Origin: Octopus sinensis
Lineage: Eukaryota
NCBI RefSeq assembly: GCF_006345805.1
Contig: NC_043006.1
Location: forward strand, 16,058,001 to 16,122,000
Reading direction: 5' to 3'
DNA length: 64,000 bases
Positions 49,591 to 63,327 of the stretch are shown piece by piece (the stretch's first letter is position 1; each line of letters opens with the position of its first letter). A program made the position numbers and the translations under genes. The notes under the pieces are model-generated. The model was not told the DNA's origin and did no database searches. It saw only the letters and a list, made by a program, of their open reading frames with translations.

Positions 49591-51948
49591 GCATGTCACG
49601 ACATCATGACGCCATGACACCATCCCAAAGTCCTGTGGCGATGGGGAAACGGCGAAGTAGCAGGTGAGGATACACTGAGAGCTGCAGTCGTGAACCCACA
49701 CACAGGCGGCTCAGGACATGTGGTCGCCCCTCACTGAACTGAGGCAGCAGTGGAGTCCGGCAGCCTCCTGAGTGACCGAGCAGCCCTCTTCAGGATCGCT
49801 CTGCTAGCCTCCCCAGCATGAGGACGGGGCTAGAAAAGGTTGCCCTAAACATAGCCTGCCTCACCTCACCCTGGTCAGCAAACCGCGGCTGGCGGGGATC
49901 CTTTCCAAGCGGTCGAAACAAAGAAAGAAGAAAACAAACAAAGGTGCTCACTTTCGCAACTTGGAACGTGAGAACTCTGCTTGACAACACCAAAGCGGAC
50001 AGACCAGAGAGACGAACTGCCCTGGTGGCCAGAGAACTGAGCCGATACAGTGTCGATATTGCAGCACTGAGCGAGACCCGCCTTGCGGACAAAGGCCAGC
50101 TGACAGAGACAGGCGGTGGCTACACTTTCTTTTGGAGTGGTCGCAGCAGCGAAGAGCGTCGTGAGGCTGGTGTTGGTTTTGCCATTAAGTCAGTACACGT
50201 GCGGAAACTGGAAATCCCCCCCCCCCCGAGGGTATAAACGATCGGCTGATGAAGATGCAGCTCCCACTTGGAAACAAGACTAGTGCGACCATCATCAGTG
50301 CTTACGCCCCCACCATGACCAACCCTGAAGAAGTTAAGGACAGGTTCTATGAGGAACTCGACTCCCTCATCACGTCAGCCCAGCCTGGGAAACTCATCCT
50401 CCTTGGGGATTTTAACGCCCGTGTCGGGACTGACTACCAAGCCTGGCATCGCGTACTGGGAAAGCAAGGAATCGGAAAGTGCAACAGCAACGGACAGCTC
50501 CTCCTGCGTGCGTGTGCCTCTCATGATCTTACCATCGCCAACACCTTGTTCCGTCTGCCAACACGCAACAAGACATCATGGATGCATCCACGCTCCAAAC
50601 ACTGGCATCTGATAGATTACGTCATCGTCAGGGCGAAAGACAGGCGGGACGTGAGACTGGTCAAAGCCATGTGCGGAGCTGACTGCTGGACGGACCATCG
50701 CCTCATCATCTCCAGGATGGATTTCTACATCCGACCTAAGAGAAGACCACAGGGTCAGAAAGTGACGAGGAAGCTTAACATCACGAAATTAAGGAACCAG
50801 CTGACTGCACAAGATCTCCAGTCACGTAAGCTGTTGGACATTCGGAGTGACCAGTCCAGCATCGATGAGCAGTGGGAATCATTCAGGGACACGGTTCATT
50901 CCATCGCCCTTGAAACTCTGGGCCAAATTACGAGGAACCACCAGGACTAGTTCGACGAAAACGACCAGGAAATCCAAAAGCTCATGGAAGAGAAACGCCG
51001 TCTGCTGCGGGCTCACCAAAATGACACCACCTGCACGGCAAAGAAGGCCGCTTTCAACAACATTCGCAGCACAGTCCAGGCTAAACTCCGCCTCATGCAA
51101 GACGCATGGTTAAGCGCCAAGGCGGATGAGATTCAGGGATACGCAGACAAACACGACACCAAGAAATTCTACGAGGCGCTGAAAGCTGTCTATGGACCGC
51201 AGTTCTCCTTTGGATCAACACCCCTGCTCAGCTCAGATGGAACCTCACTCCTGACTAACAAGAGGCTGATCCTGGAGAGATGGGCGGAGCACTTCAACAT
51301 CGTGCTCAACCGACCAGCCCAGATCAACGAGGAAGCCATCGCACGACTCCCCCAGGTGCCGACAAACCACGAGTTGGCTGTTCCCCCTGCAGCCGGGGAA
51401 GTGAGCAGAACCATCAAAAAAATGTCCACCGGCAAGGCTCCAGGCTCTGACGCCGTCCCTGCAGAGGTGTTCAAGTCGGGCGGCCCCACCATGATCAGTC
51501 AGCTCACCAGCCTGTTCCAGTCGATGTGGGACAGGGAACAACTCCCTCAAGATTTCCGGGATGCAACAATCATCCACATTTATAAGCGGAAAGGAGATCG
51601 GCAGTCCTGCGACAACCACCGAGGTATTTCCCTCTTGTCCATAGCAGGCAAGATCCTGGCCCGGGTCCTGCTTGACCGCCTTCTGGAACACTTGGAGCAA
51701 GGCCTTCTCCCTGAGAGCCAGTGTGGCTTCCGTGCGGGTCGAGGGACCACTGACATGATATTCGCCGCCCGCCAGCTCCAGGAGAAATGCATGGAGCAGC
51801 ACCTTGACCTCTGCATGACCTTTGTTGACCTCACCAAGGCCTTTGATACAGTCAGTCGGGAGGGACTATGGAAGGTCATGGGAAAATTTGGTTGCCCCAG
51901 CAAATTTATTGCAATTGTCCGCCAGTTCCACGACGGAATGACAGCCAG
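49591..51948 (+). mobile_element. RTE-clade LINE #1, inverted 5' segment (5' UTR, APE endonuclease, RT N-half)
   Basis: TFATWNVRTLLD, ALSETR, LLGDFNARVG, IDYVIV, DCWTDHRLI, NHRGISLLSIAGK, QCGFRAGR, FVDLTKAFD, ending FHDGMTAR; frameshift at C-run ~50220, stop 50948-50950. Confidence 0.97.
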
Positions 51949-52118
51949 AAACACATATAACATACAGAAAATTGCACTACTAGGCACTGCACACATCCTA
52001 CGCAGAACACTTTCCATACAATAACCATCAGAGCATCACAACAAATCACAGCACATACCCAAGGTACACAGGGCTGCGCTCGGTAGTGAAGTGAAAGCAC
52101 GCTATAAAAATAAAACTA

Positions 52119-52166
<48 letters not shown>
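51949..52166 (+). mobile_element. R4/Dong-clade 3' end (RLE C-terminus, 3' UTR, (TAA)n tail)
   Basis: QKIALLGTAHILRRTLS is the typical R4/Dong C-terminal motif; (TAA)n tail 52121-52166. Confidence 0.85.
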
Positions 52167-54052
52167 CATTCGTTAACGAGTATGGCCATTGCACGAGGCT
52201 TAACTGTTAACGGTGCTGTGATCGAACGTGACTTTTTAGCCCAGCTAGAGTTCTACAATGTCTTGTACAGAATTGGCAGCTAAAACCTTTACCAGCAATG
52301 GCCGGCTGTAGTTGTAACTGAGCTTCATGTAATTGGGCTGCATGTCGTTTTAAGTCCTCCTGCCGAATTACACTCCCTTCGACATGCCTGACAGATATGA
52401 TTAGTATGGTGTGTAGCACCACCACCAGCGGCCTGGTTCTCAATCATCGGTCTCACTTTATGACTACGAAGATGACTCTTGAGTCCAGCTTTACTGAAGC
52501 AGAGTCTTGCACAGATACTGCATGTCAGCTTCATAGGAAGACTCTTACCATCTGGAAGTGCAACAGCGATTCCGTTCCTGACATCCCTCCTTACTTTCTC
52601 ATGCGCAACTCGAAATTTCTCAAAAGTAGCAGTCCCCTCATGCACAATCCTTCTCCACCTACTACGGTCAATAGCTATGCCCTCCCATGTGTCAGGAGAG
52701 TTGCTAGCATCTCTTAAGGAAGCCTTCAGAAAGTCTTAATACCTCTTTTTTGGTTTATGTGGAAGTCGTTCTCCTTTAGCTAACTCTCCATAAAAGTGTT
52801 GTTTTGGCATCCTTGAATCCTTCCTCCTGACCAGATTACCACTCCATCTGAGCCTCGGCTTCAACGCAAGAGCTTCTATACTTTCACTCCGAGAGCTTTC
52901 CAGAATCTCAAGATCACTGATGCGGTCCTCCCTTTTAATACCATAGACCCGTCTGAGACACATCTGATGGAAACGTTCCAGTTGTTTAAGGTGGTATCGA
53001 TATGTGACCCAGGTCTCGCAGGCATAAAGAAAAGAAGAGAGCACACATGCCTTGTACATCTTTATCTTTGTCTTCCGGCATATATCTCACCGACTCCAGA
53101 GGCGCCTTTCTAGCCTTCCGAAAGCATCACTTGTTTTCCTAATTCTGTATGAAATTTCATTATCCAAATTGCTATATCTATTAACAGTGCCTCCCAGGTA
53201 GACAAAATGATCCTCTACAACAAGTCGATTACCATACACGTAGATATTTGCTTACCAGGGGCAGGTTGATACATGACAACAGTTTTCTTGAGACTGACTG
53301 TCAATTCTAAGGCAGTGCAAGCATCAGAGAATACATTCAAAATGTGTTGCATATCGATCTCCGTGTGCGCTACTAGATCACAGGCATCTGCATACAAAAG
53401 GTCTCTTATGATAGAGGTAAATACCTTTATTTTTGCAGCAAAGCGCCTGATATTAAATATGCTGTCAGAGTTTCTATTATTGATGTAAACACCATATCTG
53501 CAGTTTCTGAACGCAATACTGAAAACCATCGCAAAATATATGGCAAATAGGGTCGGTGCCAGAATATCACCCTGTTACACTACATTTTTTTATTGAGACA
53601 TTTTACCTCTAACATTAACCCTACCCTTCGTGTCTTCATGAAAAGACCTAACCAAAGCAAGGAACTTTTCAGGACAACCAAGTTTCTGGAGAACTTTCCA
53701 CAGTGCTTTCTATTAACGGTATCAAAGGCTTTTGTCAGATCGACAAAAACCTGATATTAATCCAGACCCTATTCCACACACTTCTCTTGAAGCTGTCTAG
53801 CTGAGAAGATCACATCAGCAGTGCTGCGTCCCACGCGAAAGCCAGATTGACTTTCTGGAAGAACACAATCTGCAACGTGTTTCAGCAGACGATCCAGAAG
53901 TACCCTTCATAAAACCTTTCCTACAACAGAAAGCAATGATATTCTCCTATAGTTACCATGATCTTTCCTGTTGCCCTTTCCCTTATATAAAACAACCATT
54001 ACTGTATCTCTCCAGTCCTCAGGTACAGATTCACTAGCCCATATCCTGCCAA
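52167..54052 (-). mobile_element. Older RTE-clade LINE #2, 5'-truncated and disrupted, three C-terminal C2H2-like fingers
   Basis: NYRRISLLSVVGKVL, LLYADACDLVA, FLYACETW, LRWSGNL, CSICARLCFSKAGLKSHLRSH, CQFCTRHCRTLAGLKSHVRSQH. Confidence 0.92.
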
Positions 54053-55960
<1,908 letters not shown>

Positions 55961-56084
55961 GAGAGACATATATATTATTTCTGTCTCAATTTCATTTGAG
56001 CACTTCTGTTTTGCAGTCCTATAAACCCTTTTGTCTCCATAAAAAGAGGTAAAAATTATTTCTTGTCGTATATTTAGACATATA

Positions 56085-56945
56085 CACGGTGGGTGGAAAG
56101 TAACTAGACTTTAGAAATGGCTTATAGAATATTTCGTATCACTTAAGTCATGACGAAAACATTTTTTTTTAAACAGACACCACTAATGTTTTTCTTTTAT
56201 TTTCTTATTGACTTATTTCTTATTTCTTATTTTCCAGATGGCTGGTCACTTGACTGTTCAAGAGCGAGCTAAAATAGCAGCTCGCAATGAAGTGTGGAAT
56301 TCCATTGTTTCTGTTCAGAGATGGTACCGTGCATGGAAAGGTAAGTATGCAACACCACGTCCAGAGAAACCAAAGTTGTCATACAAAGCTGATGACCACG
56401 ATCTCTGTGAATGATGCAAGAAGTGGCCATCCAACCCGATCAGCGGAGAACGTGGCAACAGTACAGGAAGTGTTTAACCGCAGCCCGCATAAATCAACAC
56501 GTCAATCAGTACGTGAAAGTGGACTAACAAGACACACAATACGTACGGAGTTGCCTAAGGAATGGAATTTTTGTCTGTGGAAACCCCATTACATGTAGGA
56601 ACTAAAACCTGAAGACTGTGACTGCAGAAGTTCAGAAGTCCAGATCCAAGAAGTTCAGATCCAGAATTTCAGAAGTCCAGAACTCCTAGGACTCCAGATC
56701 TCACTCTATGTTATCTTTACCAGTGGGGTTACACAAAAGAGGGGTACAAGATAAAACCTCGCGCACTGGTGGACTTGGAGACACGGATTCAAGAGTTTCT
56801 CAAAGATATTTCTGACGACGTCCTTCAGAAAGTTGTTCATTCCATCCCTAGCCGTTTGAGAAAACTGGTTGACGCCACCAGTGCTTACGTTGAAATATGA
56901 AGATTTACTTTCATTTTCACATGTAATGAAAAACATGTATAATTT
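56085..56945 (+). mobile_element. Internally deleted Tc1/mariner-superfamily transposon (DUF4817/maT-like)
   Basis: TA|CACGGTGGG left end; MAGHLTVQERAKIAARNEVWNS..., ARSGHP, SPHKSTRQ, PDLTLC...WGY.KE, RLRKLVDATSAYVE; catalytic core deleted. Confidence 0.85.
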
Positions 56946-56959
56946 GTTTCAATAGATTT

Positions 56960-57327
56960 GTAAAAGGAACATAGATTTTATTACCAAACTTACTTACAAC
57001 TATGATGTTGTAGATACAATATGTTCTTTGTCTATCACCTTAACTTCTTGGAGATTTTAGGTAAAATTATACTAATGTATCCTTCTGTTCTAATTTAATT
57101 AAATTCTATGTCTTTGTGCAGCTGAAGATTGTTCTACATTTTAAATTGTTGTAATGAAATGATTGCCTTGTTCAATTAAATGGAGTTGCATGAAACGATC
57201 GTACTGCATTACGTCTGGATATCCTCGTTGCTTATTCTGATTTTAATCACCTTATTTTGAAATTGTATGGATAATACCGTACTAAATACTGGTGCCTCAA
57301 CTTAAGTACCATATTAATCTGAATCTA
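56960..57327 (+). mobile_element. Hammerhead-bearing short element ending at (TA)n (same family as 8620-8990)
   Basis: Aligns to the reverse complement of 8630-8860. Confidence 0.8.
57117..57208 (+). ncRNA. Type I hammerhead ribozyme with ~60-nt extended domain II (predicted cleavage after GUA, A57203)
   Basis: UGCAG-CUGAAGA-UUGU...(~55 nt)...GCAU-GAAA-CGAUCG-UA-CUGCA; intact core, palindromic stem III. Confidence 0.8.
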
Positions 57328-57328
57328 A

Positions 57329-57374
<46 letters not shown>

Positions 57375-58524
57375 CTATATGTATATATGTATGTATTTAT
57401 ATATATACATATATACATATATATATATATATACACTTATGTAGGTAGGTAGGTAGGTAGGTAGGTAGGTACATACATATGTATGCGCGTAGGTATAATT
57501 TATTGTAAATATAAATACATATGTATGTATAATCATTTTTTTTTTCGCTTAGTCTGAAGGAAATGTCTATTAAAAACTTAATAGATTTGCTTTACAATTT
57601 AAACTGTTTCTGTCAATCAGATTAGAGAAAACCATAATTCTGCCAGTGAACGTAGTTGAAACACGACATTTAGAAAAGTATGCTTTAAAATATATATAAC
57701 AATCGAAAAAAAGAATAACATAGCCATTCAGATACAAGTTTAAAATATTTAAAGCAAACATCGGTTTAGTTTGAAACAATTTTCTATCATGCCAGTAATA
57801 AAACTGTTCGCAGTATTCTGTTTTAACAGAATAATGTTATTTCGTTTTCATTGCTTGCTTCCACTGTTTTCTTATTTTCGACGAGTTGACCAATCTAATT
57901 TACTTTTGACGCAATTACGTTTGCTTTTGCAATTTTATGTCCGAGATATATTAAAGCCAAATAGCCTCTATAGATTTTAAGTGCGTCGTAATACATAGCG
58001 TAATAAAGTATGAAGTGACCATACTGTAGTGTATTAAACGGTAATGAAATGAAGTGTGGTGCCGTTGTGTATATACTATTGTAATATTTATCAGCAAAAT
58101 ATTTAACGCTTCAAATAACTACCTAGGTCAAGTAATTGTAATGTCCTTTATACTAAAGCGAAAAGTCCAAAGTCCTATTGTTGTTGTCTCTGCTCACAAC
58201 GCTACGTGGAAGTTGATGTACTTTGGTCTTCTTGACTTTGAATAAATTTGTACTGCATAATATATTTTCTATATACTACATGATATAATTTATATATACA
58301 CATACACATATAACCAGATGATGTGTTGCAGCAGCTGTAGTGTGTTGAAATGAATATAATAGATGCTTCCAGCAGATTAATGGTGGGTTACATTTCAATG
58401 TCGAAAGTGATTGGTTACATTTGAATTCGGTAATTAATCAGCGAAATTAATTAATATTCAGCTCTTTGCTATCTTTGCCACCTTTGCAGACCTGATAATA
58501 TCACAATGAATTGTATTAAGATAG

Positions 58525-58754
58525 GGCGGCGAGCTGGCAGAAACTTTAGCGCGCCGGGCGAAATGCGTAGCCGTATTTCGTCTGCCGTTACGTTCTGAGT
58601 GCAAGTTCCGCCGACGTCGACTTTGCCTTTCATCCTTTCGGGGTCGATAAATTAAGTACCAGTTACGCACTGGGGTCGATGTAATCGACTTAATCCGTTT
58701 GTCTGTCTTTGTTTGTCCCCTCTATGTTTAGCCTCTTGTGGGTAATAAAGAAAC
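58525..58754 (+). mobile_element. SINE family A, tail type a
   Basis: Direct repeat AATTGTATTAAG on both sides. Confidence 0.95.
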
Positions 58755-58894
58755 AAATAAATTGTATTAAGTTAATAACAATGCTTTCAAATTTTCGCAT
58801 AAGGACATAAATTGTAGGAGATCAGGGTTCGTCTCATGGTTATATATTTTATTCTTAAAGTCAGTATGTTTTCGATATAACTAAGGATATAACA

Positions 58895-60012
58895 TAAGAT
58901 TTGACAGCTTCAAAATATTGCAATAATTTCAATACTGCTGCATTCTCCTTCACATTATAACCGTTTAAATCGTTACGCTATGTTCATTTTAAACTTTAAT
59001 ATATTATATATTACAACTCGTCTACTTGAACCAGTTAGCTATTTGAACCATTAAATATTTCGCAGCTGTCAAATAGCTATTAAGGTTAAACTCAATTTCA
59101 TATTACACACCTGTGAGGATTTAATCAAGTTCACTGATTAGTTATCATAAGTTTTGTTCATGCAACATTTTGCAAGGAGCAAATCGATTCTACAAATATT
59201 TCCCCAGCACATAGTACCAAATATCCCACCTTCATCTAGTATATGGATCTATTATTGTAACGGCTCAAGTTTCAAGGGTCCACATCTATTCAACACTCAG
59301 CGAAACAATCTCAATCTGCAAGTTGTAGGTGTAAACGTCTTCAAGTAACTTTTTGAACGTTTTTTTTTTTTTTATCTAAAGTACCAAATCAATTTACGTT
59401 GCTGCTACAAATACAAAGAAGAATGTCTCTACCCAAATAGCGACTTCCCCAGAAACAGTTCCTGAAAGAAAGCCACAAAATAAGTGTGAAATAAAAACCA
59501 GTCGCACACTAGAAACAGTGCCTCAAAATGACCACAGCTGCAGTAAAAGTAAGTAAAAGTGTTACATAGTGTGGTGTATTAAAGAGTGGCGGCGCAATGG
59601 CCCAGTGGTTAGGGCAGCGGACTCGCGATCATAGGATCGCGGTTTCGATTCCCAGACCGGGCGTTGTGAGTGTTTATTGAGCGAAAACACCTAAAAGCGC
59701 CACGAGGCTCCGGCAGGGGATGGTGGTGATCCCTGCTGTACTCTTCCACCACAACTTTCTCTCACTCTTACTTCCTGTTTCTGTTGTACCTGTATTTCAA
59801 AGGGCCATAGTGTATCCCCTATTGCAATATTTTGTTGCAGAGCTGCGAAATATTTAATGGTTCAAATAGCTAACTGGCTCAAGTAGATGAGTTGTAATAT
59901 ATAATATATTAAAGTTTAAAATGAACATAGCGTAACAATTTAAACGGTTATAATGTGAGGAGAATGCAGCAGTATTGAAATTATTGCAATATTTTGAAGC
60001 TGTCAAATCTTA
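58895..60012. repeat. ~170-bp inverted repeats (58895-59067 / 59842-60012) with ~770-bp spacer; possible DNA-transposon relic
   Basis: Near-perfect reverse complementarity of the arms. Confidence 0.85.
59586..59806 (+). mobile_element. SINE family C, 3'-truncated
   Basis: Matches the first ~220 nt of family C. Confidence 0.93.
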
Positions 60013-60304
60013 CGTGGTTCAAATAGCTATCCGACGCGAGTAGGTGCGGAATTTACTGAAATACTAGACTACCCGTGACCCATTGGGTCACCGGGAAAGT
60101 CTGAGCTTTTAATGTATTATAGATTCCTCTATGCCTGTGTTGAAAACTGGAATTGTTTCATTCTTAAGGAAATCGATGCTCCTTTTGATTCCACCATTGT
60201 ATATCAGGTTAAGGAAAATAACGATAAAAGTGTACGAGTCCATTGAGTTAAATTGACTAAATTATTATATCGTTGTCTAAGACGCCTTGTGGTATTTAGG
60301 GTAA

Positions 60305-60526
60305 AGGCGGCGAGCTGGTAGAAACGTTAGCACGCTGGGCGAAATGCGTAGCCGTATTTCGTCTGCCGTTACGTTCTGAGTTCAAACTCCGCCGAGGTTG
60401 ACTTTGCCTTTCATCCTTTCGGGGTCGATTAAATAAGTACCAGTTACGCACTGGAGTCGATGTAATCGACTTAATCCGTGTGTTTATCCTCTCTGTGTTT
60501 AGCCCCTTGTGGGTAGTAAAGAAATA
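60305..60526 (+). mobile_element. SINE family A, tail type a
   Basis: Perfect 14-bp TSD GGTATTTAGGGTAA (60291-60304 / 60527-60540). Confidence 0.97.
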
Positions 60527-62085
60527 GGTATTTAGGGTAATCTATTGGATCTCTGAGTTTATATACTGCGCTGTCACTGAAAAAAAGTGGTTAATATGTG
60601 CTACTGACTAATAGAAACATAACCTCCTTGATTCGATCACTACTATTTTGAGAATTTGGATGATTGATATTTGGAAGGAGTATTCTGAACATAGTTGCTT
60701 TCAAATCTTGAAAATATGAATGAAGTTAACATATGTTTAGAGACATTTTACATCTAATTTTAAAAAATCAGTTGCCAGCAATGTGTGAATATCGATTGGA
60801 TGACGAAAACAAATAGAATGTCGGAAAATAAACCTGGTATTTGTATTTGCTAATGTGTTTTTTTTTTATGTTATGGGTTCAAATCCCTACCAGATTCACT
60901 TTGCTGTTCGTTCATATGATATCGATAAAACAATTACTGAAGTCAATTTATTGACTATTATCGTGAAGTCGATACCTCAACATGACTAAAACTAGTAAAA
61001 TAATGATACTTATGTAAGTACAAAGCCAGAAATTTTGGTAATAAGAGTTAATCAATTAAATCGATCTCCAATCCTGGAAGATCAAGTAGCGAAATAGATG
61101 TCGGCGAAATTTTAACTCAGAATATAAAGAACTTCAACTGATAACACAATCCATGTCTTTTCGAAGGTGTAACGATTCTGTCTGTAAACCTGAAAATGAA
61201 TTATATATGCATCGACTTAAAACAACGAATTTTTTCTTCTTTAGTTTTTTAGAGTTTCAGAATATAATTTATTTCTATTTTTTTCGTTGTTCACAGTTTT
61301 CTCAAACGCTGTATCAAATTAACTGGAGTAACTACACACGTAATTAATAACAAAGAAATGAAATTTAGTTTGCCTCAGAGCTTAGTTTTACGCTATCAGA
61401 AACCTAAAGTTAATTTCGACTTCGTTACTAAGCGACTAGTCTACTAGTTCTAGTAACTATGCTTCTTTGTATAGTACTAACAGCCATTTATATCTATTAT
61501 ATCATTAATGAGATGTTTTCCGAGTCAAAATACATATTTATTATATTGAATGATTGTTATCATTATATATCCCAAAGGGAAGATGTTAAAAATGTTTATC
61601 TAATTTGCAAATTTTTTGTGGCTTTGTGTTTTTTATTTTGTTTGGTTTTAGTTTTTTTTTGTTGTTGATGAAAGTAAGAACACCAAAGACAAACAAAATA
61701 ACTTATTGTATTTTGTGACTGCGACATAGCTTTATTTTTTCCGATGATTTATTACTATAAGAGTTCTATACCGTCGTGTTTTTGTTCACCTTTTATGTTT
61801 TCTTTAATATAACAACGAGGTGGTTTGAAGCTGATAACCTTTGTTTCAAACTCAGGTTTTCAACATTGTTAATCATTACACATTGCTTCTATGTTATTTA
61901 AACTTCCTTCAATAATGGCAGCGATTTTGCGAGAAAGCTAACTTTGGTCTTATTGACACATCTACTGTTACGTTAATTTTCCAAGTTTCCTCTAATCCTG
62001 TTTGAATTTTAAGCAAACTTCATTTCATGACTTTCATCGTCCTATAATGATTCAAGCTTTTGATTTTCTTATATCATTCTAGATG

Positions 62086-62255
62086 ATTTCGTCTGTCGTT
62101 ATGTTCTGAGTTCAACTTCCGCCGAGGTCGACTTTGCCTTTCATCCTTTCGGGGTCGATAAATAAAGTACCAGTTTTGCAACTGGGGTCATTGTGATTCC
62201 TTTGTCCTTGTTTGTCCCCTCTATGTTTAGCCCCTTGTGGGCAGTAAAGAAATAT
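62086..62255 (+). mobile_element. SINE family A, 5'-truncated at the ATTTCGTC site
   Basis: 19-bp TSD with one mismatch (62071-62089 / 62256-62274); ATTT microhomology at the 5' junction. Confidence 0.93.
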
Positions 62256-63327
62256 ATATTATTCTAGATGATTTGCCGGCTTTGTGTTCAAATTTCAACA
62301 TGCTTCTATACCATTTTATACATTTCATCTCCATACCAACTGTTAATATATAATTTTGCTCAAAAATCTATTAAATTCTAAACGTTTAAAATATTCATCC
62401 TTATGGTCATCGTCTTGTTTTATTCTTATTTGTTTCAGAAATTTTGTTTCCCTGCATATCGTTATTTTAAACGATGTAAAGCTTCCATTTAATTAAATGT
62501 AAAACGAAAGTTCTTAACAGACTTAAACATGTATTATTCTTCAACAAGAAAAGCAGAAATGAAATTTTTCTCTCATATTTTACAATGTAGAATTTAAAGA
62601 GGTTTTACTCTTGCACTGTCTTAATTCTAAGAATTGGGTTAGTTAGAATTGGTTTTTCAATGGTTTTCTGAATAATCTGAACAGAAAAGATTAATTCAAT
62701 GCTCCTGCTCGTCTTTGAAGTAAGCTTAAAAACGCGAAATCAAAATATTTGCATTTTTAATATTTTATAGATACAGAAAATGAATGTCTTAAAGTTGTAT
62801 TGTGTAAGTGGTAAGCCAAGCCCGTAGTTTGATTTCGATTCTCGATTTATGCAATGTTATTTAACTTTTTGGTTTCTCTAATAGCTTTCATAAAGGTAAG
62901 ACATTCACAATTTGTATATTTATCTCCTTTAATATTTTATGTTCCATGGCAATTCTGCTAGTATACTTACCGTCCTTTATTATACTAGTTCATTGACTGC
63001 CTCTAGGATGCCGTGTTTTGCGGTACACCAGATTCTTCATTCTCGTGTTCCAAATAAGTATTTTTACACACCCCAATATATCAAGTTACACCTTCCCATT
63101 GCTGATAGTCTACCATAAAATTTCCACTCCAGTAACCACATTCGAGGTCCCTTCGTCATTCTTATCCAATACATGATGCAGCTAAGTTACCCTTATTCTC
63201 AGCATTACCATTATTTCCTTCTGTTTTGTTCTTCTCAGTATTTCTATTTATTCAATCCTTAAATGTACTATATTCTACGTAAGTATATTCCTAGAATACA
63301 TTGTTTTATTTTCATTGCTTTTATATA

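Noticed and set aside
49591-49800. Possible HDV-like or twister ribozyme in the RTE 5' UTR (GCAUGUC pairs with GACAUGU-GG; GGCGAA motif)
   Set aside because: I could not build P3/L3 and P2 in the required order, and twister T2/L4 features are absent. An Infernal search would be needed
50984-52024. 346-aa ORF as a novel RT fusion protein
   Set aside because: Chance in-frame junction between the inverted RTE piece and the Dong target; upstream RTE frame has a frameshift and a stop
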